DNA from: Ignavibacteriales bacterium
Lineage (GTDB): Bacteria; Bacteroidota; Ignavibacteria; UBA10030; UBA6906
NCBI GenBank assembly: GCA_037441705.1
Contig: JBBIRR010000043.1
Location: 1 to 31,029, forward strand
Direction of reading: 5' to 3'
Length of the DNA stretch: 31,029 bases
The notes under the pieces were generated by a model. That model worked only from the letters and a program-made list of their open reading frames with translations, had not been told where the DNA came from and searched no databases. Positions 1-9,887 of the stretch are shown one piece after another; within the stretch, counting starts at the first letter, position 1; each line of letters starts with the position of its first letter. Position numbers and translations under genes: made by a program.

Positions 1-2
1 CG

Positions 3-884
3 CAGTATCTCGGGAACATCCTCACAGCGCGATCGGGTTTGCGAACTCCCGAGCAGTTCAGAGATCATCTCGCCCTCCGCGCAGCCGAACTGGATTATCG
101 GCCAGGCCGCCAGTGGCGCCCGCTGCAAGATGTTGCCGATGCAGCGCAGATACTCTACGGGGCGCGGCGCGATTGGGCGTCGCTCCGTCGGGGAGTGGAC
201 TTCTACGATGAGGGAACCCTGATCTGGCTCGAAGCCGATGTCATCATCCGTCAGCAAACACAAGGAAAGAAGTCGCTCGACGATTTTTGCAGGCTCTTCC
301 ACGGCGGCGAGAACTCCGGCCCCACGGTCAAGCCGTACACCTTCGATGATCTCGTTGCTGCAATGCGTGCGGTTGCGCCGTACGATTGGGCGAATTTCTT
401 TTCCGAGCGGTTGAGCAGTACCCGGCCGCGAGTACCGCTCGGTGGAATCGAGCGAGCAGGCTGGAGGCTCGTCTATCGCGATTCGATGAACAGCATGATG
501 AAGGCGTTGGAGGATCGCGACAAGCAGCTCGATCATCGCTTCTCTCTGGGCTTGCTCCTTTCGGAGGATGGTGAGATCGTCGACGTCGTGCCTCTCAGTC
601 CCGCAGACCGCGCAGGGCTGGCCCCCAACATGAAGGTGATCGCCGTGAACGGAAGGAAGTTCTCCAAGCATGTTCTTCAGGATGCCGTGCGTTGGGCAAG
701 AACCAATCCTGCGCCGCTCGAGCTGCTCGTCCAGAACGTTGACTACTTTACGAGTTACAGCGTTGACTATCACGAGGGCGAACGGTATCCGTACCTCGAG
801 CGTGATCCGTCCAAGACCGATCTTCTCAGTCTCATCATCACACCACGGACAACAACCGCGCAGTCGAAGGAGTCGAGACGATGA
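3..884 (+). CDS. M61 family (glycyl aminopeptidase-like) metallopeptidase with C-terminal PDZ domain, 5'-truncated by the window edge
   Basis: The frame is open from base 3 (QYLGNILTARSGL...). It contains an M61-type DFYDEG.LIWLE.D motif and a C-terminal PDZ signature (SLGLLL...VVPLSPADRAGL...VIAVNG). The stop overlaps the next ATG (ATGA). Confidence 0.8.
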   Translation, partial: QYLGNILTARSGLRTPEQFRDHLALRAAELDYRPGRQWRPLQDVADAAQILYGARRDWASLRRGVDFYDEGTLIWLEADVIIRQQTQGKKSLDDFCRLFHGGENSGPTVKPYTFDDLVAAMRAVAPYDWANFFSERLSSTRPRVPLGGIERAGWRLVYRDSMNSMMKALEDRDKQLDHRFSLGLLLSEDGEIVDVVPLSPADRAGLAPNMKVIAVNGRKFSKHVLQDAVRWARTNPAPLELLVQNVDYFTSYSVDYHEGERYPYLERDPSKTDLLSLIITPRTTTAQSKESRR

Positions 885-1258
885 CGTTCGCTGCATGGGT
901 GTTCCGCATCGCCGGCATCTACGGAATTCTCATCCTGATGCCAATGTATTTTGCCGAGAAGCAAATCGGGGCAGATTTCCCGCCGGCAATCACGCATCCG
1001 GAGCACTACTTCGGTTTCCTCAGCGTCACGCTGGTGTGGCAGATTCTCTTTCTTCTCATCTCCACCGATCCGGTGCGCTACCGACCGGTGATGCTCGTTG
1101 CTATTCTGGAAAAGCTTTCGTACGCGGTTACCATCGTTTGGTTGTTTGCGGAGCAGCGCGTTCCTGCTCTGCTGTTAGGCTTCGGATTGGTTGATGCGCT
1201 GCTGGCGGTCTTGTTCTTTCTCTCTTATCGAAAATCAACCGTGGAGAAAACTCCATGA
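881..1258 (+). CDS. small integral membrane protein, function unknown (about 4 TM segments)
   Basis: 125 aa, mostly hydrophobic segments. ATGA-coupled to the peptidase, with AAGGAG upstream. Confidence 0.75.
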   Translation: MTFAAWVFRIAGIYGILILMPMYFAEKQIGADFPPAITHPEHYFGFLSVTLVWQILFLLISTDPVRYRPVMLVAILEKLSYAVTIVWLFAEQRVPALLLGFGLVDALLAVLFFLSYRKSTVEKTP

Positions 1259-1373
1259 GTGCCGGGGAGGAGAGCAAGCCAGAGTACGACGGAAACTATG
1301 GTTTTCCGATTTCCGTTGAACACTTCAGAGCAGTGCGAGAACGGAGGTAGTGTATCAAGTCTAAGAAAGGGAT

Positions 1374-2453
1374 ATGAACAAGAAACGCATTTGGATATTC
1401 ACGGGTGTTGCTGCTGTCGTCGTTGTCCTGGCGCTTCCGAAGACCGGGTTCTTCACCTCATCAACCAAGGCGCCGAGTTCGCGTTCGGGTGGAGAGATGA
1501 TGGAAGTGCGAGCGGTGGTGGTGCAGCAGGAAACAATGGGCGGAAAAGTGACGACGGTCGGTACGGTGCTGGCGAACGAAGAGGTGGAAATCCGCAGCGA
1601 GGTTTCGGGCAAGATCGAACGAATATCGTTCAAAGAGGGGGGGCGAGTGAGAAAGGGCGATCTGTTGGTCAAGATCAACGACGCGGAACTGCAGGCACAG
1701 CTTGCACGGGCGCAACAGCGACAGACGCTGGCAGAGCAGCAGGAGGAACGTCAGCGTCAGTTGTACGAAAAGAACCTCACGAGCAAAGAAGAGTTCGAGA
1801 ACGCTGTCACCAGCTTGAACATTGCAAAGGCAGAAGTCCAGCTCGTCAAAGCGCAGATCGACAAGACGGAAATCAAAGCGCCGTTCGATGGAACGCTCGG
1901 GCTGCGATTTGTGAGCGAGGGGAGTTACATCTCGCCGCAAACCGTTATTACGACGTTGCAAGATAATAGCACGGTGAAGATTGATTTCTCCGTTCCTGAA
2001 CGCTATGCCCGCGAGGTACGCGTCGGCGATAAGATTACGTTCGCGACCGAAACGTCGCGGCATCCGCTCACGGCTACGGTCTATGCGATCGAGCCGCGGA
2101 TTGACGAAAGAACGCGAACACTGCGGATGCGGGCGCTGCGAGCCAACACCGACCGCGCACTGCTTCCCGGCGCGTTTACCTCGATCGAAGTGACGTTCAA
2201 GGAACGTCGTACTCTGATGATTCCATCGTTTGCCCTCGTACCGGAGTTGAAGGGTCAGAAGGTGTTTCTGTACCGCGACGGCAGGGCAGAAGCCCGTTCG
2301 GTCGAGATCGGTGTTCGGACCGAAGATCGTGTCGAGATCACCGAAGGATTACGTGCAGGCGATACACTCATCCTTTCAGGCATCCTGCAGCTGCGGCCGG
2401 GGATGCCGGTGCGTGTTGCCCTGCAGGACAAACCTCCGGAGCGCAGGCCATGA
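1374..2453 (+). CDS. RND efflux periplasmic adaptor (membrane fusion protein, AcrA/MdtA-like)
   Basis: N-terminal TM anchor, lipoyl half-motifs (EIRSEVSGKI...GGRVRKGDLL and IKAPFDG), a coiled-coil hairpin and a C-terminal VEITEGLRAGD. AAGGGA SD upstream. Confidence 0.93.
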   Translation: MNKKRIWIFTGVAAVVVVLALPKTGFFTSSTKAPSSRSGGEMMEVRAVVVQQETMGGKVTTVGTVLANEEVEIRSEVSGKIERISFKEGGRVRKGDLLVKINDAELQAQLARAQQRQTLAEQQEERQRQLYEKNLTSKEEFENAVTSLNIAKAEVQLVKAQIDKTEIKAPFDGTLGLRFVSEGSYISPQTVITTLQDNSTVKIDFSVPERYAREVRVGDKITFATETSRHPLTATVYAIEPRIDERTRTLRMRALRANTDRALLPGAFTSIEVTFKERRTLMIPSFALVPELKGQKVFLYRDGRAEARSVEIGVRTEDRVEITEGLRAGDTLILSGILQLRPGMPVRVALQDKPPERRP

Positions 2454-5400
2454 GTCTTTCCGCGACATGCATTCAGCGACCGGTGTTCACTATTGTCCTC
2501 TCCACGATCGTGGTCCTCTTCGGCGTCATCGGGTTTACGTATCTGGGCGTGCGTGAGTATCCGAACGTGGACCCGGCGGTCATCACCGTCCGCACGAACT
2601 ACACCGGAGCGAATGCCGACGTCATCGAGTCGCAGATCACCGAGCGGCTCGAAGACGCCGTGAGCAGTGTGCCGGGCATTCGCACCATCACCTCCACCAG
2701 CCGGGACGGGACAAGCATCATCACGATCGAGTTTGAATTAGATGTTGATTTAGAAACTGCGGCAAATGATGTGCGGGACAAAGTTGCCGGCGCTGTCGGG
2801 AACTTGCCGCCGGATGCCGACCCGCCGGTCGTGTCCAAGGCCGACGCGGATGCAACGCCCATCATCATCATGAACATCACGAGCAACACGCGCAACCTCC
2901 TGCAGCTCTCGGAGATCGCAGACAGAATCTTCAAGGAGCGGCTGCAAACTATCCCGGGCGTCAGCGAGGTCCGCATCTTCGGCGAGAAGCGCTACTCGAT
3001 GCGTCTGTGGATGGATCAGCGCAAGCTGGCTGCGTTCCAGCTCACGCCGCTGGACGTGCGCAACGCGCTCAATGCCGAAAATATCGAACTCCCGGCCGGG
3101 CGCATCGAAGGCAACGATGTCGAGCTGACGGTGCGAACCCTCAGCAGGCTCGAAACGCCCGAGGAGTTCAACAATCTGATTATCAGCGAACAGAACGGAC
3201 GGATCGTTCGCTTCCGCGATATCGGACGGGCGGAACTTGGGCCGGAGAACGAGCGCTCCGTCTCAAAGGGCCTTACGGGTCCCCGCGTCGCCGTTGCGAT
3301 CGTTCCGCAGCCCGGTTCCAACCACATCGCCATCGCCGATGAATTCAACCGGCGCATCGAGCAAATCAAAAAAGATCTGGCGGAAGACATCAGCCTGAGT
3401 ATAGGCTTCGACACAACGAAGTACATCCGAACATCCATCGCGGAAGTGCGCGAGACCATCCTGCTGGCGTTTATGCTTGTTGTGTTGATTATCTTTGCGT
3501 TCCTGCGCGATTGGCGAACGACGCTCATTCCCGTTTTCGCAATTCCCGTATCGCTCATCGGAACGTTCTTCATCATGTATGTTGCAGGCTTCTCGGTGAA
3601 CGTTCTGACGCTGCTGGGTTTGGTGTTAGCGATCGGCCTTGTGGTGGATGACGCCATCGTGATGCTGGAAAACATCTACGCCAAGATCGAAGACGGCATG
3701 CATCCGATTGAAGCAGGATTGAAGGGATCGAAGGAAGTGTACTTCGCTATCATTTCGACGACGATCGCCCTCATTGTCGTCTTCATGCCGATCGTGTTCT
3801 TGCAGGGATTGACGGGGAGGCTCTTCAAGGAGTTTGGCATCGTCATCGGCGGGGCAGTCCTCATCTCGTCCTTCGTTGCACTCACACTCACGCCGATGGT
3901 CAGCACGCGCCTGATCAAGGGGCATCACGCGCACAACCGTTTTTACAATCTTACCGAGCCGTTCTTTGCGAGGCTCGTTGCAGGATACGAACGCACGCTC
4001 GCGGCATTTTTGCGGCGCCGCTGGGTGGCGTTTGCTGTTATTGGCGGAGCCGGTGTGCTCATGTGGCTCTTGGGGTCCATTCTGCCGCAAGAGCTTGCCC
4101 CGTTGGAAGATCGCAGTCGCTTGCGCCTGACCTCGACGGCTCCGGAAGGGACGTCGTTCGAACGGATGGATGCGTACATGGACAGTCTGATCGCATTGGT
4201 GAAGAATGAGGTTCCGGAGGTGGATGCTGTCATCGCCAATACCTCCGGGTTTGCCGGCGGCGCAAACTCCGGCGTTACGACGGTGACGCTTGTTCCGCCT
4301 GGGAAACGCCCGCGCCGGCAAAGCGAGATTGCGGAGGCACTGGCCCGCGCGGTTCGCCGCTTGAACGACGCGCGCACCATAGTGGTGCAGGAACAAACGA
4401 TTTCGGTCGGCGGCGGCCTGGCGCGCTTCGGACTGCCCGTGCAGTATGTGATTCAGGCACCAAATTTCGAACAGTTGAAAGCGAAGCTGCCGCGCTTCCT
4501 GGATGAGGCGGGGAGGCATCCGGCTTTTAGCGTTGTGGACGTGAATCTCAAGTTCAACAAGCCGGAGATGCTGCTGCGCATTGATCGCGAACGCGCGCGT
4601 GCCTTGGGAGTTTCCGTAAGCGATATTGCTCAAACACTCCAGCTCACACTCAGCGGGCAACGCTACGGCTACTTCATCAAAGACGGAAAGCAGTATCAGG
4701 TGATAGGCCAATTGACGCGGGAAAACCGCGACGACCCGCTCGATCTGAAATCCATTTTCGTCCGCAGCCGCGACGGGCGACTCATCCAGCTGGATAATCT
4801 TGTGAAGATTGCAGAGCAGGCGAACCCGCCGCAACTGTATCGCTTCAACCGCTACATTTCGGCGACGGTGTCGGCAGGGCTCGCGCCGGGCTACACGCTG
4901 GGCGACGGCATCAAGGCAATGGACGAAATCGCCGAGAAGGTTTTGGACGAATCGTTCAGCACGGCGCTGACGGGCGCTGCGCGCGATTTTGCCGAAAGTT
5001 CGTCGAGCCTCATCTTCGTCTTCCTTCTGGCGTTGCTGCTGACGTATTTGATTCTTGCCGCCCAGTTCGAGAGCTTCCGCGATCCGTTTATCATCATGTT
5101 CACGGTTCCTCTTGCCGTAGCCGGAGCGCTGCTCTCGCTGTGGTACTTCAATCAAACGCTCAACATCTTCAGCCAGATCGGGCAGATCATGCTCATCGGC
5201 CTGGTGACGAAGAACGGCATTCTCATCGTCGAGTTTGCCAATCAACGGAAGGCGCTCGGTCTCTCCGTGTTGGATGCCGTCAGGAGCGCTGCTGCGGCGC
5301 GGTTTCGTCCCATCCTCATGACGAGTCTCTCGACGATCCTCGGCATCCTGCCGATTGCACTGGGACTTGGCTCCGGTGCGGAGAGTCGCGTTTCGATGGG

Positions 5401-5566
5401 TATCGCCGTGGTGGGCGGGATGATTTTTGCAAGCGGGCTGACGCTGTATGTGATTCCTGCCGTCTACTCGTACTTCTCCAAAGAGCTGCGCGAGCCTGAG
5501 CCAACAGATGGCGAAGGGCGAGAACGCATGCCGTTGGCAGAGAAAGCGGCGGTTCACGAATCGTGA
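2450..5566 (+). CDS. RND efflux permease (AcrB/AcrD/AcrF, HAE1 family)
   Basis: 1038 aa. Contains RPVF, AIGLVVDDAIVMLEN (proton-relay DD), GLVTKNGILIVEFAN and RFRPILMT motifs. Coupled to the MFP by an ATGA overlap. Confidence 0.95.
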   Translation: MSLSATCIQRPVFTIVLSTIVVLFGVIGFTYLGVREYPNVDPAVITVRTNYTGANADVIESQITERLEDAVSSVPGIRTITSTSRDGTSIITIEFELDVDLETAANDVRDKVAGAVGNLPPDADPPVVSKADADATPIIIMNITSNTRNLLQLSEIADRIFKERLQTIPGVSEVRIFGEKRYSMRLWMDQRKLAAFQLTPLDVRNALNAENIELPAGRIEGNDVELTVRTLSRLETPEEFNNLIISEQNGRIVRFRDIGRAELGPENERSVSKGLTGPRVAVAIVPQPGSNHIAIADEFNRRIEQIKKDLAEDISLSIGFDTTKYIRTSIAEVRETILLAFMLVVLIIFAFLRDWRTTLIPVFAIPVSLIGTFFIMYVAGFSVNVLTLLGLVLAIGLVVDDAIVMLENIYAKIEDGMHPIEAGLKGSKEVYFAIISTTIALIVVFMPIVFLQGLTGRLFKEFGIVIGGAVLISSFVALTLTPMVSTRLIKGHHAHNRFYNLTEPFFARLVAGYERTLAAFLRRRWVAFAVIGGAGVLMWLLGSILPQELAPLEDRSRLRLTSTAPEGTSFERMDAYMDSLIALVKNEVPEVDAVIANTSGFAGGANSGVTTVTLVPPGKRPRRQSEIAEALARAVRRLNDARTIVVQEQTISVGGGLARFGLPVQYVIQAPNFEQLKAKLPRFLDEAGRHPAFSVVDVNLKFNKPEMLLRIDRERARALGVSVSDIAQTLQLTLSGQRYGYFIKDGKQYQVIGQLTRENRDDPLDLKSIFVRSRDGRLIQLDNLVKIAEQANPPQLYRFNRYISATVSAGLAPGYTLGDGIKAMDEIAEKVLDESFSTALTGAARDFAESSSSLIFVFLLALLLTYLILAAQFESFRDPFIIMFTVPLAVAGALLSLWYFNQTLNIFSQIGQIMLIGLVTKNGILIVEFANQRKALGLSVLDAVRSAAAARFRPILMTSLSTILGILPIALGLGSGAESRVSMGIAVVGGMIFASGLTLYVIPAVYSYFSKELREPEPTDGEGRERMPLAEKAAVHES

Positions 5567-5607
5567 ACGGCCGCGGCCCGCACCATCCTGCGCATAATGG
5601 AAACTCA

Positions 5608-6495
5608 TCAGGCAGGTGCTGTACCGGAGAGACGGCCACCCTTTTCTCTCTCCACCAACTTCGGCGGGCCTAACTTCTGGATGGCGTAGCCCCTGGGGTA
5701 GGTTCGGTTGGGATTGTCCATGAAAAAATGAGGCTTGGTGCGCGGCGGAAGAAAGCGAACGATGCGCGCGCGCATCCGCAGTGCAGCATCAACGAGCTTG
5801 CGCATCACGGGGTGAGGTTTTGGGAAACCAAAGGCTTCGAGCATGCGATCGTCCAGCAAAGAATAGATTGCACGACGCACTACCGGGGCAAGAAACTGCG
5901 GGAACCACGAGACGAACAACTCGCGCGTCAGCGTCCCCACGCGGTTGTTACTCTCCGCATACGTGAAAGAGCGCTCTTCGTATGCGTGCTTCCACCGCTC
6001 GAACTCTTCATAGCTCGATGGGATGTCCGTCATTCCCATTCGCTTTCCGACTTCTCGCCAGAAGAAGTAGTATCCCTTCCTTTCCTGCTCGCATGTTGGT
6101 CGCCAGCCGTACTTGTCGATCCAGTAAATAGGTTCGTAGATGAACGTAGAGAGGACGTAGAGGAAATCCTCGTTGGCAATTCTGTAGTGACCGTGTGCCC
6201 AGTTCATTTGCTCCAGGGCTTCTCTGCCGCGCCCCTCGAGATATCCCCACTTACAAATCTCCGCCATCAACAGCGATGTGTCGTCGTAGCGGCGTTGCGT
6301 GTAGTTCCGGAACTCTCCGGTCCGGTCGAGCAATCCTGATATGCGTGGCGAGCAGTAGGTGCGGTAGAGGGCAATCTCCAGCGCTCGAATCGAATCCCAC
6401 GAAAACTCGTAGCCGAAGGAGAGGAACATAATCCGCATGTTGTTCTGCTCAGGATCGAGCTGCTGGATTTCTCGAAGAATGTCATAGCGGCCCAC
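5608..6495 (-). CDS. oxygenase MpaB / DUF2236 family protein (Lcp/rubber-oxygenase-like fold)
   Basis: Motifs LYRTY, RRYDDT, MNWAHGHY and NEDFLYVLSTFIYEP. The likely start is GTG at 6495 with GGGAG upstream, rather than the longer track ORF starting at 6591. Confidence 0.8.
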   Translation of the reverse strand: MGRYDILREIQQLDPEQNNMRIMFLSFGYEFSWDSIRALEIALYRTYCSPRISGLLDRTGEFRNYTQRRYDDTSLLMAEICKWGYLEGRGREALEQMNWAHGHYRIANEDFLYVLSTFIYEPIYWIDKYGWRPTCEQERKGYYFFWREVGKRMGMTDIPSSYEEFERWKHAYEERSFTYAESNNRVGTLTRELFVSWFPQFLAPVVRRAIYSLLDDRMLEAFGFPKPHPVMRKLVDAALRMRARIVRFLPPRTKPHFFMDNPNRTYPRGYAIQKLGPPKLVEREKGGRLSGTAPA

Positions 6496-6584
6496 GATGT
6501 GACTCCCGTTGTTCGTTTGTGTGGTAGTTATACGAACGGGAAAGCAAAATCGGTTTGGCAAAAGCTCAATGAGGCGGCAACACG

Positions 6585-6680
6585 CTACCATGCAGTCCCG
6601 TTGCGGAAGAACGTCACGAAAATGATTGCCGCCATGGTCAGAAGGAAAACGATGATTGCGATTCTATGTTGCTTGGTCAT
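6585..6680 (-). CDS. putative 31-aa single-pass membrane microprotein (MTKQHRIAIIVFLLTMAAIIFVTFFRNGTAW)
   Basis: ATG 6680 to TAG 6585. Basic N-terminus followed by a ~19-residue hydrophobic stretch. It fills the gap between two co-oriented genes. No clear SD. Confidence 0.4.
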   Translation of the reverse strand: MTKQHRIAIIVFLLTMAAIIFVTFFRNGTAW

Positions 6681-6767
6681 GAAGCTTTCGACGTTTCTTG
6701 ATGGAATCTTCGAATCGGAACAACTCCAGCGAACGGATGGGGAAAGGTTCGTAACGCCCGGTCGTGG

Positions 6768-7820
6768 CTACCCTCCTTTGCTCAGCTCTTCTTTCAGGTA
6801 GTCAATCATCTTCACCGGCATCGGATCTTCCTTGTTGAGCATAGCAAGGTAGAAGCTCACCCAATCTCCGAGGTGGATAAGAGAAAAGAGGCGCGCCAGG
6901 CGCGACGTTCCTTCACTCCACACTTCCGTGACATGTGCCGTGTGGTTGCGGAGAAGTTGCTTGGTGATATCCAGCCGCCGCGCGACACGCGGGTGATCCT
7001 CTCTGTCACGCAAGAAGAACACCTGCATCTCTCGCATCTGTTTCTCTAACACCTTCCAGCCGACGAGTTCGTTGTGGTTCATTTCCGGCAGGACGTGTCC
7101 CCACATCAGGGATTTGGCGTTTTCGGCGATCTGGCCCCTCCATCGTGTGTTGACGGCATCCAGCCGTTCGGAGGCGGAGTACACGACGCCGATGCGTCCG
7201 AACAACTGCTGCGCGAAGAGCAGCGCGGTGTTCGCGGCCGATTCCGGGTTGGAGTACTCGTCGGATTTCCGTTTGAGCAACGCGATCGTCTCCTTGACCT
7301 CTCGCGTCTTCGGTGAGATGAGCCTGAGCCTTGTCAGTGCGATGAGAAGCGGAAAGAACGAGTAGCCGAGTGCCGCTCGCGGCGAGGGGCCGCCCGGCAC
7401 CTTGATGAAGACGTGGCGATGTTTTCGGGCCATCTGCTCTACTGTTCCGCCGGAAGCAATCGCGAGGATGCGGCAGCCGCGCTTGATCGCTTCGCGGTAG
7501 CACGTCAGCGTTTCTTCGGTTGTGCCGGAGTAACTGGAAATGATGGCGAGACTGTGAGCGCCGACGAATGCCGGAAGGGTGTACGAACGATTGATCAGAA
7601 ACGGAACGGCCAGTTCATCGAGCACGTAGCTGCGCAACAAATCTCCGCCAATGGCAGAACCTCCCATACCGCACAGAACAATGTTCCGTATGCCGCGTGT
7701 CCTGATGCGGATGTCCGTCGCAGTGCCGATCAGGACGGCTTCTTCCACCTGCTGTGGGAAATTCTTGATGAGATCGTACATCCCTGAGGGATCGCCTTGC
7801 CGAATGTCTTCGAGAGTCAT
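6768..7820 (-). CDS. bifunctional phosphoglucose/phosphomannose isomerase (PGI/PMI, SIS fold)
   Basis: Motifs GMGGSAIGG, SSYSGTTEET, PRAALGY, QIAENAK and PEMNHNE. The likely start is ATG 7820 (MTLEDIRQ), just past the ptsI stop. Confidence 0.9.
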   Translation of the reverse strand: MTLEDIRQGDPSGMYDLIKNFPQQVEEAVLIGTATDIRIRTRGIRNIVLCGMGGSAIGGDLLRSYVLDELAVPFLINRSYTLPAFVGAHSLAIISSYSGTTEETLTCYREAIKRGCRILAIASGGTVEQMARKHRHVFIKVPGGPSPRAALGYSFFPLLIALTRLRLISPKTREVKETIALLKRKSDEYSNPESAANTALLFAQQLFGRIGVVYSASERLDAVNTRWRGQIAENAKSLMWGHVLPEMNHNELVGWKVLEKQMREMQVFFLRDREDHPRVARRLDITKQLLRNHTAHVTEVWSEGTSRLARLFSLIHLGDWVSFYLAMLNKEDPMPVKMIDYLKEELSKGG

Positions 7821-7845
7821 GATTTTGGGTATTGTTATGATTGCA

Positions 7846-9621
7846 TCATCGGCTCGTTTCAAGATCGTCAAGAGGCAGATCAGGCAGTTTCTCTTTCAGG
7901 ACGGAGCCGAGGTATTGCTTGATCTCCTTCTCCGTGGGAAGAGAAAGAACGCGATCTGCAATGCGCTTTGCCTCCTTGTACTTGATAGAGCGGATGATCT
8001 TCTTGATTTCGGGAAGGACAGCCGGAGCGACGCTCAGCTCGTCGAGTCCAAGTCCTACGAGCAGCATCGTTGCCACCGGGTTGCCGGCCATCTCGCCGCA
8101 CATTCCCACCCACTTGCCATGTTTGTGTCCTGCGTCGATAATGCCCTTGATCGTGCGAATGATCGCCGGGTTGAGTTCCTGGTAGATCGAAGCGACAAGA
8201 TTGTTGCCGCGATCAATGGCCAGCATATACTGGATCAAGTCATTCGTGCCGATGCTGAGGAAATCGACCTCCCGCGCAATTTCATCGGCGGTGATTGCCG
8301 CCGAGGGGACTTCGATCATAACGCCGATGGGCATCTTCGGGTCGAAGGGGATGCCGCGCAGCTTCAGGTCTTCTTTTGCGCGTTGAACGTACTCCTTCGC
8401 ACGGCGCACTTCGCTCACCTTGCTGACCATCGGGAAGAAGACGCGGACATTTTTCTTCGCGCTGGCGCGCAAAATTGCCCGCAGCTGATCGAGAAACATC
8501 TCGGGCCGGTCCAGCGATACGCGGATGCCGCGCCAGCCGAGGAACGGATTCTCTTCCTTCATCGGGTCGGGAGAGAACTTGTCGCCGCCGATGTCGAAAG
8601 TGCGGAACATGACGGGGTGAGGAAACATCGCTTCGGCTACGCGCGTATACTCGGCAGCCTGCTCGTCTTCTGTCGGAAACGTGGAGCGCCCCATGAGCTG
8701 GCCTTCGGTGCGGTAGAGGCCAATGCCTTGCGACCCCTGCCGCAGAGCGAACTCGATTTCATCTTCAAATTCGAGATTGGCCGAAAGCTCGATGCGTTTG
8801 TGATCGAGGGTTTCGGCCGGGAGACCTGCGATGCCTTCGAGTTTTTTCTCGAATTCCTTCAGGCGCTGATCTTTGCGCTGTAAGCTCTCGATGGTGTCGC
8901 TCGTGGGGTGAACGATCACCGTGCCGGCAAAGCCATCAATGGCCAGCAGGTCTCCTGTCTTGATGAACTTTGTCGCCGTGCGCAGCCCCAGCACGGCGGG
9001 AATCTTCAGTGAACGGGAGAGGAGCGCCGCGTGAGAGGTCAGACCGCCCGTATCAGTTGCGTAGCCGAGGATTTGGTTCCGGCTGAAAATAACCGTATCG
9101 GCCGGCGTGAGATGCTCGGAAACAATGATGGATTCGCCTTCGAGTCGTGAGAACAATTTTTGATCCTGAATGTTCCGAATGATTCTGTTCATCACGTCGT
9201 CAACGTCGTGGGCACGCTCCTGGACATACTCGTCCGGCGAGGCCAGCATCATGCGGCGGTACTTGCCGACTTCATCGAAGACGATGAACTCGGCGTTCTT
9301 CAACTCCTCCTTGATCCGGCGTTCGATCGCTTCCATCAGCACGGAGTCATGAAGGATCATGATTTGTGCTTCGAAGATGAGGGCACTCTGTCGGCCAATT
9401 TTCTGTTCGGTGAACGAAAGGATTTTCTTCAGTTCCTTTTCCGATCGTGCCACTGCGGCGCGCAGACGATCGATTTCACCCGGCACGTCGTCCGGCGCAA
9501 TGGACCGCTGCTGGACCTTCGGGATATGTTTGCTGTACACGTACGCGCGGCCGATGGCGATGCCGGGGGCTGCCGGCAACCCCGTCAACACAACTTCACT
9601 GTCTTTGATCTGGTCCATCAC
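7846..9621 (-). CDS. ptsI: phosphoenolpyruvate-protein phosphotransferase (PTS enzyme I)
   Basis: GGLTSHAAL (phospho-His), GIGLYRTE, RTFDIGGDK, EENPFLGWRGIR, SIGTNDL and GMCGEMA. Start is GTG 9621 or ATG 9618. Confidence 0.95.
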   Translation of the reverse strand: MMDQIKDSEVVLTGLPAAPGIAIGRAYVYSKHIPKVQQRSIAPDDVPGEIDRLRAAVARSEKELKKILSFTEQKIGRQSALIFEAQIMILHDSVLMEAIERRIKEELKNAEFIVFDEVGKYRRMMLASPDEYVQERAHDVDDVMNRIIRNIQDQKLFSRLEGESIIVSEHLTPADTVIFSRNQILGYATDTGGLTSHAALLSRSLKIPAVLGLRTATKFIKTGDLLAIDGFAGTVIVHPTSDTIESLQRKDQRLKEFEKKLEGIAGLPAETLDHKRIELSANLEFEDEIEFALRQGSQGIGLYRTEGQLMGRSTFPTEDEQAAEYTRVAEAMFPHPVMFRTFDIGGDKFSPDPMKEENPFLGWRGIRVSLDRPEMFLDQLRAILRASAKKNVRVFFPMVSKVSEVRRAKEYVQRAKEDLKLRGIPFDPKMPIGVMIEVPSAAITADEIAREVDFLSIGTNDLIQYMLAIDRGNNLVASIYQELNPAIIRTIKGIIDAGHKHGKWVGMCGEMAGNPVATMLLVGLGLDELSVAPAVLPEIKKIIRSIKYKEAKRIADRVLSLPTEKEIKQYLGSVLKEKLPDLPLDDLETSR

Positions 9622-9887
9622 ATTTCCTCGCCGAAGCCGCGTTCGAACAGACTCACTACCGCGTTCTTCGCCTCCTCTTCGTCAACGCCGTCGAAGCGCA
9701 GCGTGAGCTGCGAGCCTTGCTCCGCTGCGAGCGTCATGACGCCGATGATACTTTTGCCGTTGATTTCAATTCCGTCCTTACAGATTGTGAAATCGGAACG
9801 AAACTTTGCCGCAGTCTTGACAAGTTCCGCCGCAGGTCGTGTATGCATGCCTGCCCGGTTCTTAATTGTGACGGTAACTTCGGTCAT
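9618..9887 (-). CDS. ptsH: HPr phosphocarrier protein
   Basis: 89 aa with GMHTRPAA (His15) and NGKSIIGVM (Ser46). Overlaps both neighbours. Confidence 0.95.
   Translation of the reverse strand: MTEVTVTIKNRAGMHTRPAAELVKTAAKFRSDFTICKDGIEINGKSIIGVMTLAAEQGSQLTLRFDGVDEEEAKNAVVSLFERGFGEEM

Noticed and set aside
1259-1966. 235-aa ORF overlapping the MFP gene
   Set aside because: It is an off-frame overlap with a well-supported gene and has low-complexity Gly/Arg composition.
3626-5608. 660-aa minus-strand ORF
   Set aside because: It lies antisense to the RND permease and has no recognisable motifs. Long shadow ORFs are expected opposite GC-rich genes with biased codon usage.
7651-8883. 410-aa plus-strand ORF
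   Set aside because: It is an antisense shadow of ptsI and PGI/PMI with no family motifs.
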